A stretch of DNA of 64,000 nucleotides from assembly GCA_016186915.1 (NCBI GenBank), contig JACPKU010000006.1:12488-76487 (forward strand), written 5' to 3'. The notes beneath the pieces are model-generated. The model was not told the origin of the DNA, made no database searches, and saw nothing but the letters and a program-made list of their open reading frames with translations. Shown here piece after piece: positions 54,221-62,667 of this stretch; position 1 is the first letter of the stretch, and every line of letters starts with the position of its first letter. The stretch is from Candidatus Doudnabacteria bacterium. Lineage in GTDB: Bacteria > Patescibacteriota > Doudnabacteria > UBA920 > O2-02-FULL-48-8. A program made the position numbers and the translations under genes.

Positions 54221-55279
54221 CTCCGACTGTGTAGAAACATAGCCGGCGATATCGGTGCTAACACCTTTCCTAATTCCCAAATGCAGGTGTTTGCGTTCGT
54301 CGTCGGTTTCTGTGCTAAATCCGTTTCCTAAGACAGCAATTTGTTCTCCCGGCAAAATATAATTGCCGGGATTTTTCGTCACAGAAGAAAGCCGGACGTG
54401 TCCATACAATATAGTCACATTTTGCCCTTCAATTTCGCAATCTTGAATGATTAAGCCGCCATAACCAGAAGTAGAGCGTTTTTGCCTGAGACTGCCACCG
54501 CAGATCGCATAGACTGCCACATCCGTGTTTTCTTCACCCGGCAAGATTTCATAATCCACAGCATTGTGAAAGCCGGTAAATTTTTCCGGGCTGACTGGGG
54601 AGTTGCCGGGTTCCACGTAAAGGCCAAAGGGTTTTTTCGTCACTCTTTCATTCGCCCGGTCAATCGGCTGCTTGAGGCCTGCTTGGTCATTGTGAAAAGC
54701 CAAACTATCCAGAAAATTTTCAAATTCATTTTCAGAATATTCGGGGTTGTGTGCAAACACGTAAAAAGTAGTAGGGGAATTTTGAGAGAAACGAATGTCT
54801 GTGAGTTTGTGTTGTTCATTTCGCCACGAAGGCTGGGAAGGAAAATTTGCCACCCCTGGTTTTTTCCTGATTTCGTATTCGACAGCGGCGTGTCCGTGAA
54901 TTTCGGTTTCATTCCTTTGTAAAATATCCACGGTAGTAAGCGTCAGAAATTGGCTGGCTTCAAAGTAACGAATAAAAATCCGCGAGCGTTCCCGCAGGTC
55001 GCCATCGCCGTCTTTTTCGTAAAGATTGAGGCTTTCTATTTCCGGCACGTATTCCACAGCCAAATCTTCAGAAATTTCTGCAGAGAATCGGAATTTGGGA
55101 TTAAAGCCGGCAAACTCCATGCGGTTGACATCTGCCTCAGTTTGTGGCGAATCGGATGCTTGATTATTCAAGGGTTGATTTGAGAGCCGCGAGTCACTGG
55201 ATCTATTGCTAAACACGATTATCCCAATGATTATAAGCAATCCCGCCAATCCCCATCCAATATATTTATAGTTATTCAT
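54179..55279 (-). CDS. Membrane-anchored M23 peptidase
   Basis: HNAVD (HxxxD), YGH, HLH motifs; N-terminal TM. Confidence 0.85.
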   Translation of the reverse strand: MNNYKYIGWGLAGLLIIIGIIVFSNRSSDSRLSNQPLNNQASDSPQTEADVNRMEFAGFNPKFRFSAEISEDLAVEYVPEIESLNLYEKDGDGDLRERSRIFIRYFEASQFLTLTTVDILQRNETEIHGHAAVEYEIRKKPGVANFPSQPSWRNEQHKLTDIRFSQNSPTTFYVFAHNPEYSENEFENFLDSLAFHNDQAGLKQPIDRANERVTKKPFGLYVEPGNSPVSPEKFTGFHNAVDYEILPGEENTDVAVYAICGGSLRQKRSTSGYGGLIIQDCEIEGQNVTILYGHVRLSSVTKNPGNYILPGEQIAVLGNGFSTETDDERKHLHLGIRKGVSTDIAGYVSTQSELNNWLDFRTYQPN

Positions 55280-55329
55280 ATCCTTATTAAACTTTTAAAT
55301 AAAAGAAAAATCAAGTATACTAATTAACG

Positions 55330-56781
55330 ATGTTGCAAATTGGCCGGAACATTTTTAGTCTAGTGTTTAGTCGGGTAATTGCCGGGATTATCCTGTTTTT
55401 AATTTATGCCCAACTGGCGCAGTATTTGGGACCGGTGAAGGCCGGGCAATACGGCCTCTTGGCAGGATTCATCACGGTGTTTAGCATATTCGTGGATTTG
55501 GGCATGTCCCAGCTGGTGATCAAAAAAATCAGCGAGGACAGGGCGCGTGCCTCAAAAATACTAGCCAATTATTTTAGTATACAGTTTTTGTTGGGGGTAG
55601 GGTTTATGCTGATTATGGCTGGATATATTTTCACCACGGACTATCCGCAGATCGTGAAAAATGCCTTGTATATCACCAGCGTGGCTCTACTTCTTTCGTC
55701 CATGAGTTTGCCGTTTCGTTCAGTGATCAACGCTTTTCAGAAATTAACCATCATCGCCCAAGTTAATTTTGTCAATTCAGTGATCAACGGCGGCATGATG
55801 ATTTTGGCCATTTATTTCCGCACCGACATTTTTTTTCTGGCTTTTATTAGTATCGCTGTCAGCGTATTTGATTTGCTGATCTATGGAATAGTCACGCACA
55901 AAAAATTTACGCCTTTCCGGATAGAATTTGATAAATCATTCGTCAAACAACTTTTTATCTGGACCTTCCCTTTTACCTTGCTGACTTTTTTCAGCATTTA
56001 CAACCGGATTGACGCGCTCATGCTCCCGCAGCTGCGGGATTTTCGTGAGACTGGTTATTATGCGGCGGCTTACAAGTTTTGGGATGTGCTGGCTTTTTTC
56101 CCGGCGGTGATCGCGATCTCGCTTTATCCTTTTTTTGCGGAAGCTTTGAGCCGCAATCTTAGAGATCAAGCAAAAAAGGGATTGGAAACCTATACGCGTT
56201 ACATGATTGCGATTGCTCTGCCATTGGCAGCCGGTGCTTTTTTAGTCTCGGGTGAACTTATAAATATTTTTTACGGTGCAGATTTTGCTCCAGCGGCCCC
56301 TGCCATGTGGATCTTGATTGCTGCGGTGGCAGTGCTGTTTATTTATACGCCTGTTAACAGCATGATTATTTCCCAAGAGACCAAGGCTGCTACCAAGATA
56401 ACCGGATTTACTTTGCTGTTTAACTTTACGACCAACTTGATTTTCATCCCGATCTTTGGGTTTGTGGCCGCGGCTGTAACCACAGTGGCCAGCGAGTTGA
56501 TCCAGCTGTTTGGGTATACTTGGGTGATAAAGCGGCGGGTGGTGCAGTTTCAATTTTTTAGACATTTCATAAAACCGATTGCTGCAGTGGTCGTGATGGC
56601 TGGGGCAGTTGTTTATCTGAAACCTTTGCTCCAGCTTTGGCTTGTGATTGGGTTGGCAGGAGTGATTTATGCGATGGCGTTATACTTGCTTAAATTTTTT
56701 AACCGAGAAGACTGGGAGCTGTTTAAGGCCGCAGTGAACGTCCGCAAACAAGTGGATACAGAAAGGGATGTGATCACATGA
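55330..56781 (+). CDS. wzx: Polysaccharide flippase (Wzx family)
   Basis: YLG...GQY, DLG, GYYAAAY, IPIFG...AA; 12-14 TMs. Confidence 0.88.
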   Translation: MLQIGRNIFSLVFSRVIAGIILFLIYAQLAQYLGPVKAGQYGLLAGFITVFSIFVDLGMSQLVIKKISEDRARASKILANYFSIQFLLGVGFMLIMAGYIFTTDYPQIVKNALYITSVALLLSSMSLPFRSVINAFQKLTIIAQVNFVNSVINGGMMILAIYFRTDIFFLAFISIAVSVFDLLIYGIVTHKKFTPFRIEFDKSFVKQLFIWTFPFTLLTFFSIYNRIDALMLPQLRDFRETGYYAAAYKFWDVLAFFPAVIAISLYPFFAEALSRNLRDQAKKGLETYTRYMIAIALPLAAGAFLVSGELINIFYGADFAPAAPAMWILIAAVAVLFIYTPVNSMIISQETKAATKITGFTLLFNFTTNLIFIPIFGFVAAAVTTVASELIQLFGYTWVIKRRVVQFQFFRHFIKPIAAVVVMAGAVVYLKPLLQLWLVIGLAGVIYAMALYLLKFFNREDWELFKAAVNVRKQVDTERDVIT

Positions 56782-57923
56782 CTATAGGGTTAGAAGCAGA
56801 ACGAGCAAATTTGCCGAATCCAACAGGAGTGGAGGTTTATGCGGCCCAGTTGATAAAACATTTGGCAAAACTGGATCAGCGAAATCAGTATGTTTTATAC
56901 TTCCGCACCAAACCGCAGGATTGGTTTTACAAACTGCCTTCGAATTTTAGGATTAAGGTAATGCCGTTTCCAAAGTTTTGGACCCAGCTGCGTTTGTCTT
57001 GGGAAATGATTTGGCATCCAGTGGACGTGCTGGTGATTCTGGCTTCTGCTCTGCCTTTCATCCATCCAAAAAATTCAATTTTTACCGCCCACGACATTGC
57101 CTACGAATTTTTTCCAGAGGCGTTTACCCCGTTTATGCGCAATTATTTAATTTGGTCTACGCGATTCGCCGCCCGTCATGCGGCAAAAATTATCGCGGTA
57201 TCGGATTCCACAAAGCATGATTTGGTTAAGCGGTATCAGGTGTCACCAGAGAATGTGAAAACCATTCATCTTGCCGTAGATCACAGCCAGCTTAAGCCCC
57301 TTGCAGAAGGTGAGGTAAAAGCCGTTTTAGATAAGTTTGGTCTGGAATATAAAAAATATATATTATTTATTGGCACCTTGCAGCCAAGAAAAAATATCAA
57401 ACGATTAGTCGACGCCTATATTCAGTTGAAAAAAGAAAAGGGGATTGAGGAAAAGCTGGTTATAGCCGGCGGGAAAGGCTGGTTGTTCGAGCCGATTTTG
57501 AAAAAAATCAATCAGGCGGGAATGCAAGAAGAGATTAAATTTTTAGGCTACATCGAAGAAGCAGACAAATGCGCTTTATACAACGGTGCCGTAGCTTTGA
57601 CCTTGCCCGCTTTGTATGAAGGCTTTGGCCTGCCGCCACTTGAGGCCATGGCTTGCGGCGTGTCGGTGGTGGTGTCGAATGTTTCTTCTTTGCCGGAAGT
57701 GGTGGGCGAGGCGGGTGTTATGGTTGATCCGAATTCCACGGATTCGATAGCACAGGGGCTGTTTAAGATTTTGTCGGATAAAAATCTCCAAAAGGAATTG
57801 GGTGAGAAAGGCATTGCAAGAGCAAGGCAGTTTACCTGGGCGGAGACCGCAAGGAAGACACTGGCTTTGCTTGAAAGCTTAAATACCCCTGACCATCCCC
57901 GAGTCGAGGATTTAGGTAAGTAA
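56778..57923 (+). CDS. Glycosyltransferase family 4 (GT-B)
   Basis: GTLQPRKN, EGFGLPPLEAMACG, SSLPEV. Confidence 0.93.
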   Translation: MTIGLEAERANLPNPTGVEVYAAQLIKHLAKLDQRNQYVLYFRTKPQDWFYKLPSNFRIKVMPFPKFWTQLRLSWEMIWHPVDVLVILASALPFIHPKNSIFTAHDIAYEFFPEAFTPFMRNYLIWSTRFAARHAAKIIAVSDSTKHDLVKRYQVSPENVKTIHLAVDHSQLKPLAEGEVKAVLDKFGLEYKKYILFIGTLQPRKNIKRLVDAYIQLKKEKGIEEKLVIAGGKGWLFEPILKKINQAGMQEEIKFLGYIEEADKCALYNGAVALTLPALYEGFGLPPLEAMACGVSVVVSNVSSLPEVVGEAGVMVDPNSTDSIAQGLFKILSDKNLQKELGEKGIARARQFTWAETARKTLALLESLNTPDHPRVEDLGK

Positions 57924-57986
57924 TCGGGGATCTTTGCGAGCTTAGTAAGATCCCCGCTCAGCTCAAAGAATTCTTAGCGGGGATGG
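57893..57986. repeat. Nested ATCCCCG/CGGGGAT palindromic element overlapping the GT4 3' end
   Basis: CCATCCCCG...CGGGGATGG outer arms; CGGGGATCTT...AAGATCCCCG inner arms. Confidence 0.7.
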
Positions 57987-57995
57987 GAATGCAAT

Positions 57996-59267
57996 ATGCT
58001 TTTATTTATCTTCTTCACAATTTTAGCTCTCGCATTTTTCTACCTTTTCATCCGCGGGCCGTACAAACAAAGCCCGTTGTGGCTTATGCTCTCTGCCTGG
58101 ATGATCGGTTTGGGCGTGCCGCAATTGCATTTATCCCGCCTCGAAAAAGATTGGTATCCGGAATATTGGGGCTTGGTTTTGATTTCCTTGTTAAGTTTTA
58201 GCTTGGGATTCTTTGTTTTTTATTACATTTGGGAACATTGGCCAATTTGGAACAAAGTAAAGTTTTTGGTGAAAGACACTGTTTCAGTTAAGAATTTGCG
58301 CATAGTTATTTATGTTCTGTTTGCCGTTTCGCTGGTTGCGCTTTATTTGTTTTATGTTAGGGCCGGTAATTTTCCGCTTTTGGCCGAAGATACCGACGTG
58401 TTTCGATTCGAAGCCGATGAGCAAGTGCCGGGACTGATCAACTACACCGCCCAGTTTGCCCGCTTGTTTATCCCTTTGTCTTTTTTCTTGTTTTTCTTTG
58501 AAGGTTTTGGCTGGCGTAAACACTGGGATTTGGTTCTGCTTTCCCTGTTAGGGACAATAGCGCTCATCTTATTTGCCTCGCGCACCCAGATATTTTTTAT
58601 AGACCTTTGGGTTATGGCCTTGTATTTGTTTATGCGAAGGCCTAACTGGAAACAAGCCTTAAAGTTTTATCCCGTGTTTTTGCTAATTTCAATTCTGGTT
58701 TTAGCAGCCGTGCCGTTGTATCGGCAATACAAAAGCTATGGCACCACAGATTACTTGGCAGGTGTTACTGCCATAGACTCGTCTGGGTATAACCCTTTTA
58801 AAAAAGCCTTGCTGCCGATTTATGTAGGAGTATCATTTAACCAGCAAGCGCTTTTGCATGCGCACGAATACTATGAAACGCACCCGATCCAAAATGGACG
58901 AGTGACCTTGGATCCGTTTACCAACATTTTAGGTTTGGATAAGCTTAAATCAGATTTTGACCTTTGCCAAATCTTTAAGTGTTGGTGGAACACGGGCACT
59001 TATCTGTTCCCGTTTGTGCAGGATTTCGGCGCCAAGGCTTTTTATTTCATTCCATTTTTGATGGCCGGTATCCTGACTTTACTTTGGCGTTATTGGATAG
59101 ACGTGAAAAATTTTCTCTCTCACAATCTTTATGCTTATGCCGTATTTTTTATGGTGATGACGATTTATCTCTCCTTCACCGTCCGCGCCGAAATGTATTT
59201 GGACTTGTTTTTATTGCTTGCAATTTATTTATTCGTCAGTAAAACACATTCATACAGTCGTGTATGA
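57996..59267 (+). CDS. Putative polysaccharide polymerase (Wzy-like)
   Basis: About 11 TMs with a large loop, ASRT and DFG motifs; between wzx and GT genes. Confidence 0.7.
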   Translation: MLLFIFFTILALAFFYLFIRGPYKQSPLWLMLSAWMIGLGVPQLHLSRLEKDWYPEYWGLVLISLLSFSLGFFVFYYIWEHWPIWNKVKFLVKDTVSVKNLRIVIYVLFAVSLVALYLFYVRAGNFPLLAEDTDVFRFEADEQVPGLINYTAQFARLFIPLSFFLFFFEGFGWRKHWDLVLLSLLGTIALILFASRTQIFFIDLWVMALYLFMRRPNWKQALKFYPVFLLISILVLAAVPLYRQYKSYGTTDYLAGVTAIDSSGYNPFKKALLPIYVGVSFNQQALLHAHEYYETHPIQNGRVTLDPFTNILGLDKLKSDFDLCQIFKCWWNTGTYLFPFVQDFGAKAFYFIPFLMAGILTLLWRYWIDVKNFLSHNLYAYAVFFMVMTIYLSFTVRAEMYLDLFLLLAIYLFVSKTHSYSRV

Positions 59268-59297
59268 ATGTGTGACATATCACAAAATAAAAGGTAA

Positions 59298-59317
59298 AAT
59301 ACTTTAACGTATTATAA
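59298..59317. promoter_or_regulatory. Palindromic site, copy 3
   Basis: AATACTTTAACGTATTATAA, identical 20-mer to the TrpR-like gene flanks. Confidence 0.75.
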
Positions 59318-59319
59318 GT

Positions 59320-59541
59320 ATGCGCAAACTTAATTCCAAATTAAATCGTAAACAACAAAGAGAAAAGCTGCTTCAGAAGATGCTTTTCCTGATTCGGAAA
59401 AGTCCGGGGATTAGGCCGTCTAAACTTAATCGGCTTTTGAAGCTTGCTCATTCGGCGAGTTTTCGAAAGACATTAATTAAGCGTGGACTGATTATAAAAC
59501 GTAAAAAGGGTCCGGCGGTTTATTATTATGCACAAAGTTAG
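59320..59541 (+). CDS. Small basic winged-HTH protein
   Basis: LIRKSPGIRPSKLNRLL...LIKRGLIIKRKKG...YYY. Confidence 0.7.
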   Translation: MRKLNSKLNRKQQREKLLQKMLFLIRKSPGIRPSKLNRLLKLAHSASFRKTLIKRGLIIKRKKGPAVYYYAQS

Positions 59542-60652
59542 CGTCATTGTAGTAATTTATAACGCGAAGAAATATATCAGACCGGTGTTTGAGGCGGTTT
59601 TGGCGCAGACCCATAAAGACCTGGAATTGATTGCGGTAATCAACGGCAACGATGATGGATCAAAAGAAATGATTGAGAAAAACTATTCCGCCTTCGCTAA
59701 AGCTTCGGCGGACAAGCCTCAAGTGAAAATCATTGATCCCGGGCGAAACACTTGGTTTGCGGAAGGGAATAATTTGGGGATTAAAGCATCAATTGGGGAA
59801 TTTGTTCAGTTGGTCAATCAAGATTTGATTTTAGAACCAGATTACATAGAAAAGCTTTTAAGGTCTTTTTTGGATCCACAAGTTGGGGCGGCTACTGGCA
59901 AGTTGTTGCGCTATGATTTTTCCGCCTACGCGCAAGGCTTCGGCGGATCCGCCGTAGCTTTAAGCGAAGGTGGAGAAAAAAACCAAAAGACAAACATCAT
60001 TGATTCCACGGGCGTGGTGATGTCAGCTTCCGGACGCGCTCGTGACCGCGGGCAGAATCAGGTTGATCAAAATCAGTTTCAGGCTGGGGAAGTGTTTGGC
60101 GTGTCGGGTGCAGGGCCGATGTATAGGAGAAGTGCATTGGAAAGCGTAAAATGGTGCGAGCCTTCGACTTTGCTTCGCTTGCTCAGGAAACGTCTGATGT
60201 TTCAGGCAACAAACAATTTGACCCCTGAGCCTGTCGAAGGGTCAAATTATTGTGAATACTTTGATCAGGATTTTGTGGCGTATTGGGAAGATGTGGATTT
60301 GTCGTGGCGGCTCAACCGCGCAGGGTTTAAAAACGTTTACGTGCCGGGCGCTGTGGCTTATCACGGCAGGACAGCAGGGCAGTCAAAAGGCGGGTACTGG
60401 CATTTTTGGCATTTTATTAAGCACCACTCTAAACTCTCAACTCAAATCCGCCGACTGAACTACAAAAACCACATACTTATGTACATTAAAAACGCGCCTT
60501 TCATTTTTCATCCCGCATTTTTGTTGCGTGAGATAGTGATGCTTGGATATATTTTTTTATTTGAAATCTCCACTTTGAAAATTTTCCCGGAACTAATTAG
60601 GCAAATACCGCGAGCACTGAGGAAGAGAGCACAAAAGTCATCCCAAACTTGA
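59528..60652 (+). CDS. Glycosyltransferase family 2 with three in-frame palindromic insertions
   Basis: VSVIVV.YN, FAEGNN.G, NQD, FDQDF.AYWEDVDLSWR. Confidence 0.9.
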   Translation: MHKVSVIVVIYNAKKYIRPVFEAVLAQTHKDLELIAVINGNDDGSKEMIEKNYSAFAKASADKPQVKIIDPGRNTWFAEGNNLGIKASIGEFVQLVNQDLILEPDYIEKLLRSFLDPQVGAATGKLLRYDFSAYAQGFGGSAVALSEGGEKNQKTNIIDSTGVVMSASGRARDRGQNQVDQNQFQAGEVFGVSGAGPMYRRSALESVKWCEPSTLLRLLRKRLMFQATNNLTPEPVEGSNYCEYFDQDFVAYWEDVDLSWRLNRAGFKNVYVPGAVAYHGRTAGQSKGGYWHFWHFIKHHSKLSTQIRRLNYKNHILMYIKNAPFIFHPAFLLREIVMLGYIFLFEISTLKIFPELIRQIPRALRKRAQKSSQT

Positions 60653-60986
60653 TTTGGGATCCAGGGGTATGAATTTCTATTATATTTATATTTTAGCAAG
60701 CAAGCGAAACGGAACATTGTATATCGGCGTGACTTCAGACTTAGTAAAGCGAGTATATGAGCATAAAAATAATTTCGTGCAAGGGTTTACAGAAAGATAT
60801 AATGTTCACACTCTGGTTTATTTTGAAGTGGTCGAAGATGCAGAAAGCGCAATAAAAAGGGAGAAGCAGTTAAAGACTTGGAAACGAAAATGGAAACTCG
60901 AACTGATTGAAACGAACAATCCTGATTGGCGCGATTTATACGAGGAAATAATCAAATAACTGGATTCCAGCTTTTGCTGGAATGAC
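60637..60986. mobile_element. GIY-YIG cassette bounded by GTCAT/ATGAC palindromes
   Basis: Left GTCATCCCAAACTTGATTTGGGATCCAG, right CTGGATTCCAGCTTTTGCTGGAATGAC; the two ends are mutually inverted. Confidence 0.7.
60669..60959 (+). CDS. Stand-alone GIY-YIG nuclease (YhbQ/UPF0213-like)
   Basis: YIYILAS..NGTLYIGVT.DL..RVYEH, AIKREKQLK.W.R.WK..LIE..NP.W.DL. Confidence 0.93.
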   Translation: MNFYYIYILASKRNGTLYIGVTSDLVKRVYEHKNNFVQGFTERYNVHTLVYFEVVEDAESAIKREKQLKTWKRKWKLELIETNNPDWRDLYEEIIK

Positions 60987-60992
60987 AAATTT

Positions 60993-61844
60993 ATGGATTT
61001 ATCGATTATTATTGTTAGTTATAACACCAAAGATCTTTTAAGAAGGTGTCTTAGAACATGTTTTGGATCAGCCACTAATTTTAGGTTTGAGGTATTTGTT
61101 TCAGACAATGGATCAACTGACGGCAGCGTTGAATTGATAAAGCAAGAATTTCCGCAGGTCAAGCTTGTGGAAAACAACGCCAACTTGGGATTTTCCAAAG
61201 GCAACAATGTAGCGCTTAAACAAGCGCAAGGGCGATACTCATTATTATTGAATTCAGATACTGAAGTAAACTCTGATACCTTTGATTTGTCCATCAAATA
61301 TATGGATCAAAATCCTGCAGTTGGAGCTTTGAGCTGTAAAATTTTGCTTCCGGACGGAAGCTTGGATAAATCAGCAAGAAGAAGATTCCCCAATCCCACA
61401 AACTCCTTCTTCAGACTCTTTGGGCTAAGAAAGTTTAGTGATTACAACATCACGGCCGGGATAGACGAGGAAGTTGAGATTGATTCTGGCGTAGGCGCGT
61501 ATTTAATGGTCAGAAAAGAAGCGATAGCGCAGGTGGGTTATCTGGATGAAGAGTTTTTTATGTACGGCGAAGATTTGGACTGGTGCTGGCGGATCAAAGA
61601 AGCAGGCTTTAAGATTATGTATTATCCTAAGGCCTCTATTTTGCATCTGAAATCAGCATCATCCAAAAGCCTCCCCTTTACCGTGATCAAATGGGCACAC
61701 CAAGCCATGAAAATTTTTTATCGCAAGCATTATGCGCAAAAAAATAACTGGTTATTCAACCAGTTGGTGTATTTGGGGATCAACTTACGCATGTTGTTGG
61801 TGCTTGCTATGAATTTATTTAGAAACAAAAAGTCGGTTCATTAA
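60993..61844 (+). CDS. Glycosyltransferase family 2 (rhamnosyltransferase WbbL-like)
   Basis: DNGSTDGS, NLGFSKGNN, LLNSD, DEEFFMYGEDLDWC. Confidence 0.9.
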   Translation: MDLSIIIVSYNTKDLLRRCLRTCFGSATNFRFEVFVSDNGSTDGSVELIKQEFPQVKLVENNANLGFSKGNNVALKQAQGRYSLLLNSDTEVNSDTFDLSIKYMDQNPAVGALSCKILLPDGSLDKSARRRFPNPTNSFFRLFGLRKFSDYNITAGIDEEVEIDSGVGAYLMVRKEAIAQVGYLDEEFFMYGEDLDWCWRIKEAGFKIMYYPKASILHLKSASSKSLPFTVIKWAHQAMKIFYRKHYAQKNNWLFNQLVYLGINLRMLLVLAMNLFRNKKSVH

Positions 61845-62476
61845 ACTTCTAAGTCTTGACCGGCCTTTAGGGGGACAAACTTTGTTCCGGTTTCAGGAAG
61901 AAATTTTTCTGGCAGAAAATGGAAAGGGCCATAATAAGACAACATCCCGTCGTGGATAGGCAGAGCTATTTTAGATTTGATTGCTTTCGCGTAGTCCAGA
62001 CTCTGTCCTATTGTTGCCCAAGGAGCACCTACTGGCATAGCAAGTATCTCTACTGGCTTAGGTGGCAGGGTCAATGAATCACCGCAGTGGAAGAAGCGGT
62101 GATTAATATAAAATCCGGTGTTAAGTACCATTTCGATGCCAGGATAGATCGGTGCATGATCTGAATCAAAGCCCTCCACTATGATGCTACCTAGTATCAT
62201 AGTGGTGCCGTTTTTTAAAATTTCATAATCAATTCCGGCTTTCTCCAAATCTTTTCCAGATCTGAGATTAGCAATTATCCTTGCGTTCGGGTTGTTTTTC
62301 AGAATAGTTTTGATTGAATCAGGATCCATGTGATCGGGGTGGACATGAGTAATTAAAACCGCATCTAAATTTTTTTCTTTGTTTTGATCGGTGGTAACAT
62401 TGCCCGGATCAATCAGGATTTTCGATCCAGCATCTTCGATTACTAAACAAGAATGTCCAATTTTATGTATCTTCAT
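61841..62476 (-). CDS. Metallo-beta-lactamase-fold hydrolase
   Basis: GHSC, IDPG, THVHPDH, GDS, PIHD. Confidence 0.9.
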   Translation of the reverse strand: MKIHKIGHSCLVIEDAGSKILIDPGNVTTDQNKEKNLDAVLITHVHPDHMDPDSIKTILKNNPNARIIANLRSGKDLEKAGIDYEILKNGTTMILGSIIVEGFDSDHAPIYPGIEMVLNTGFYINHRFFHCGDSLTLPPKPVEILAMPVGAPWATIGQSLDYAKAIKSKIALPIHDGMLSYYGPFHFLPEKFLPETGTKFVPLKAGQDLEV

Positions 62477-62667
62477 ACCTGCAGTTTAACATGAAAGTAA
62501 GATTATGGTAAAATTAGCTTACGCCAGGTAGTAGAAATTTGATAGTTGTCCCGCTTTGCGGGGCAACTACAAGATTCAAGAGATGAATCTGGTTTCTATT
62601 TTCTGACACAAGCTGCGCACCAAAAACATAAAAATTGTTATCATTAATCAAATTTTCACTACCTGGC

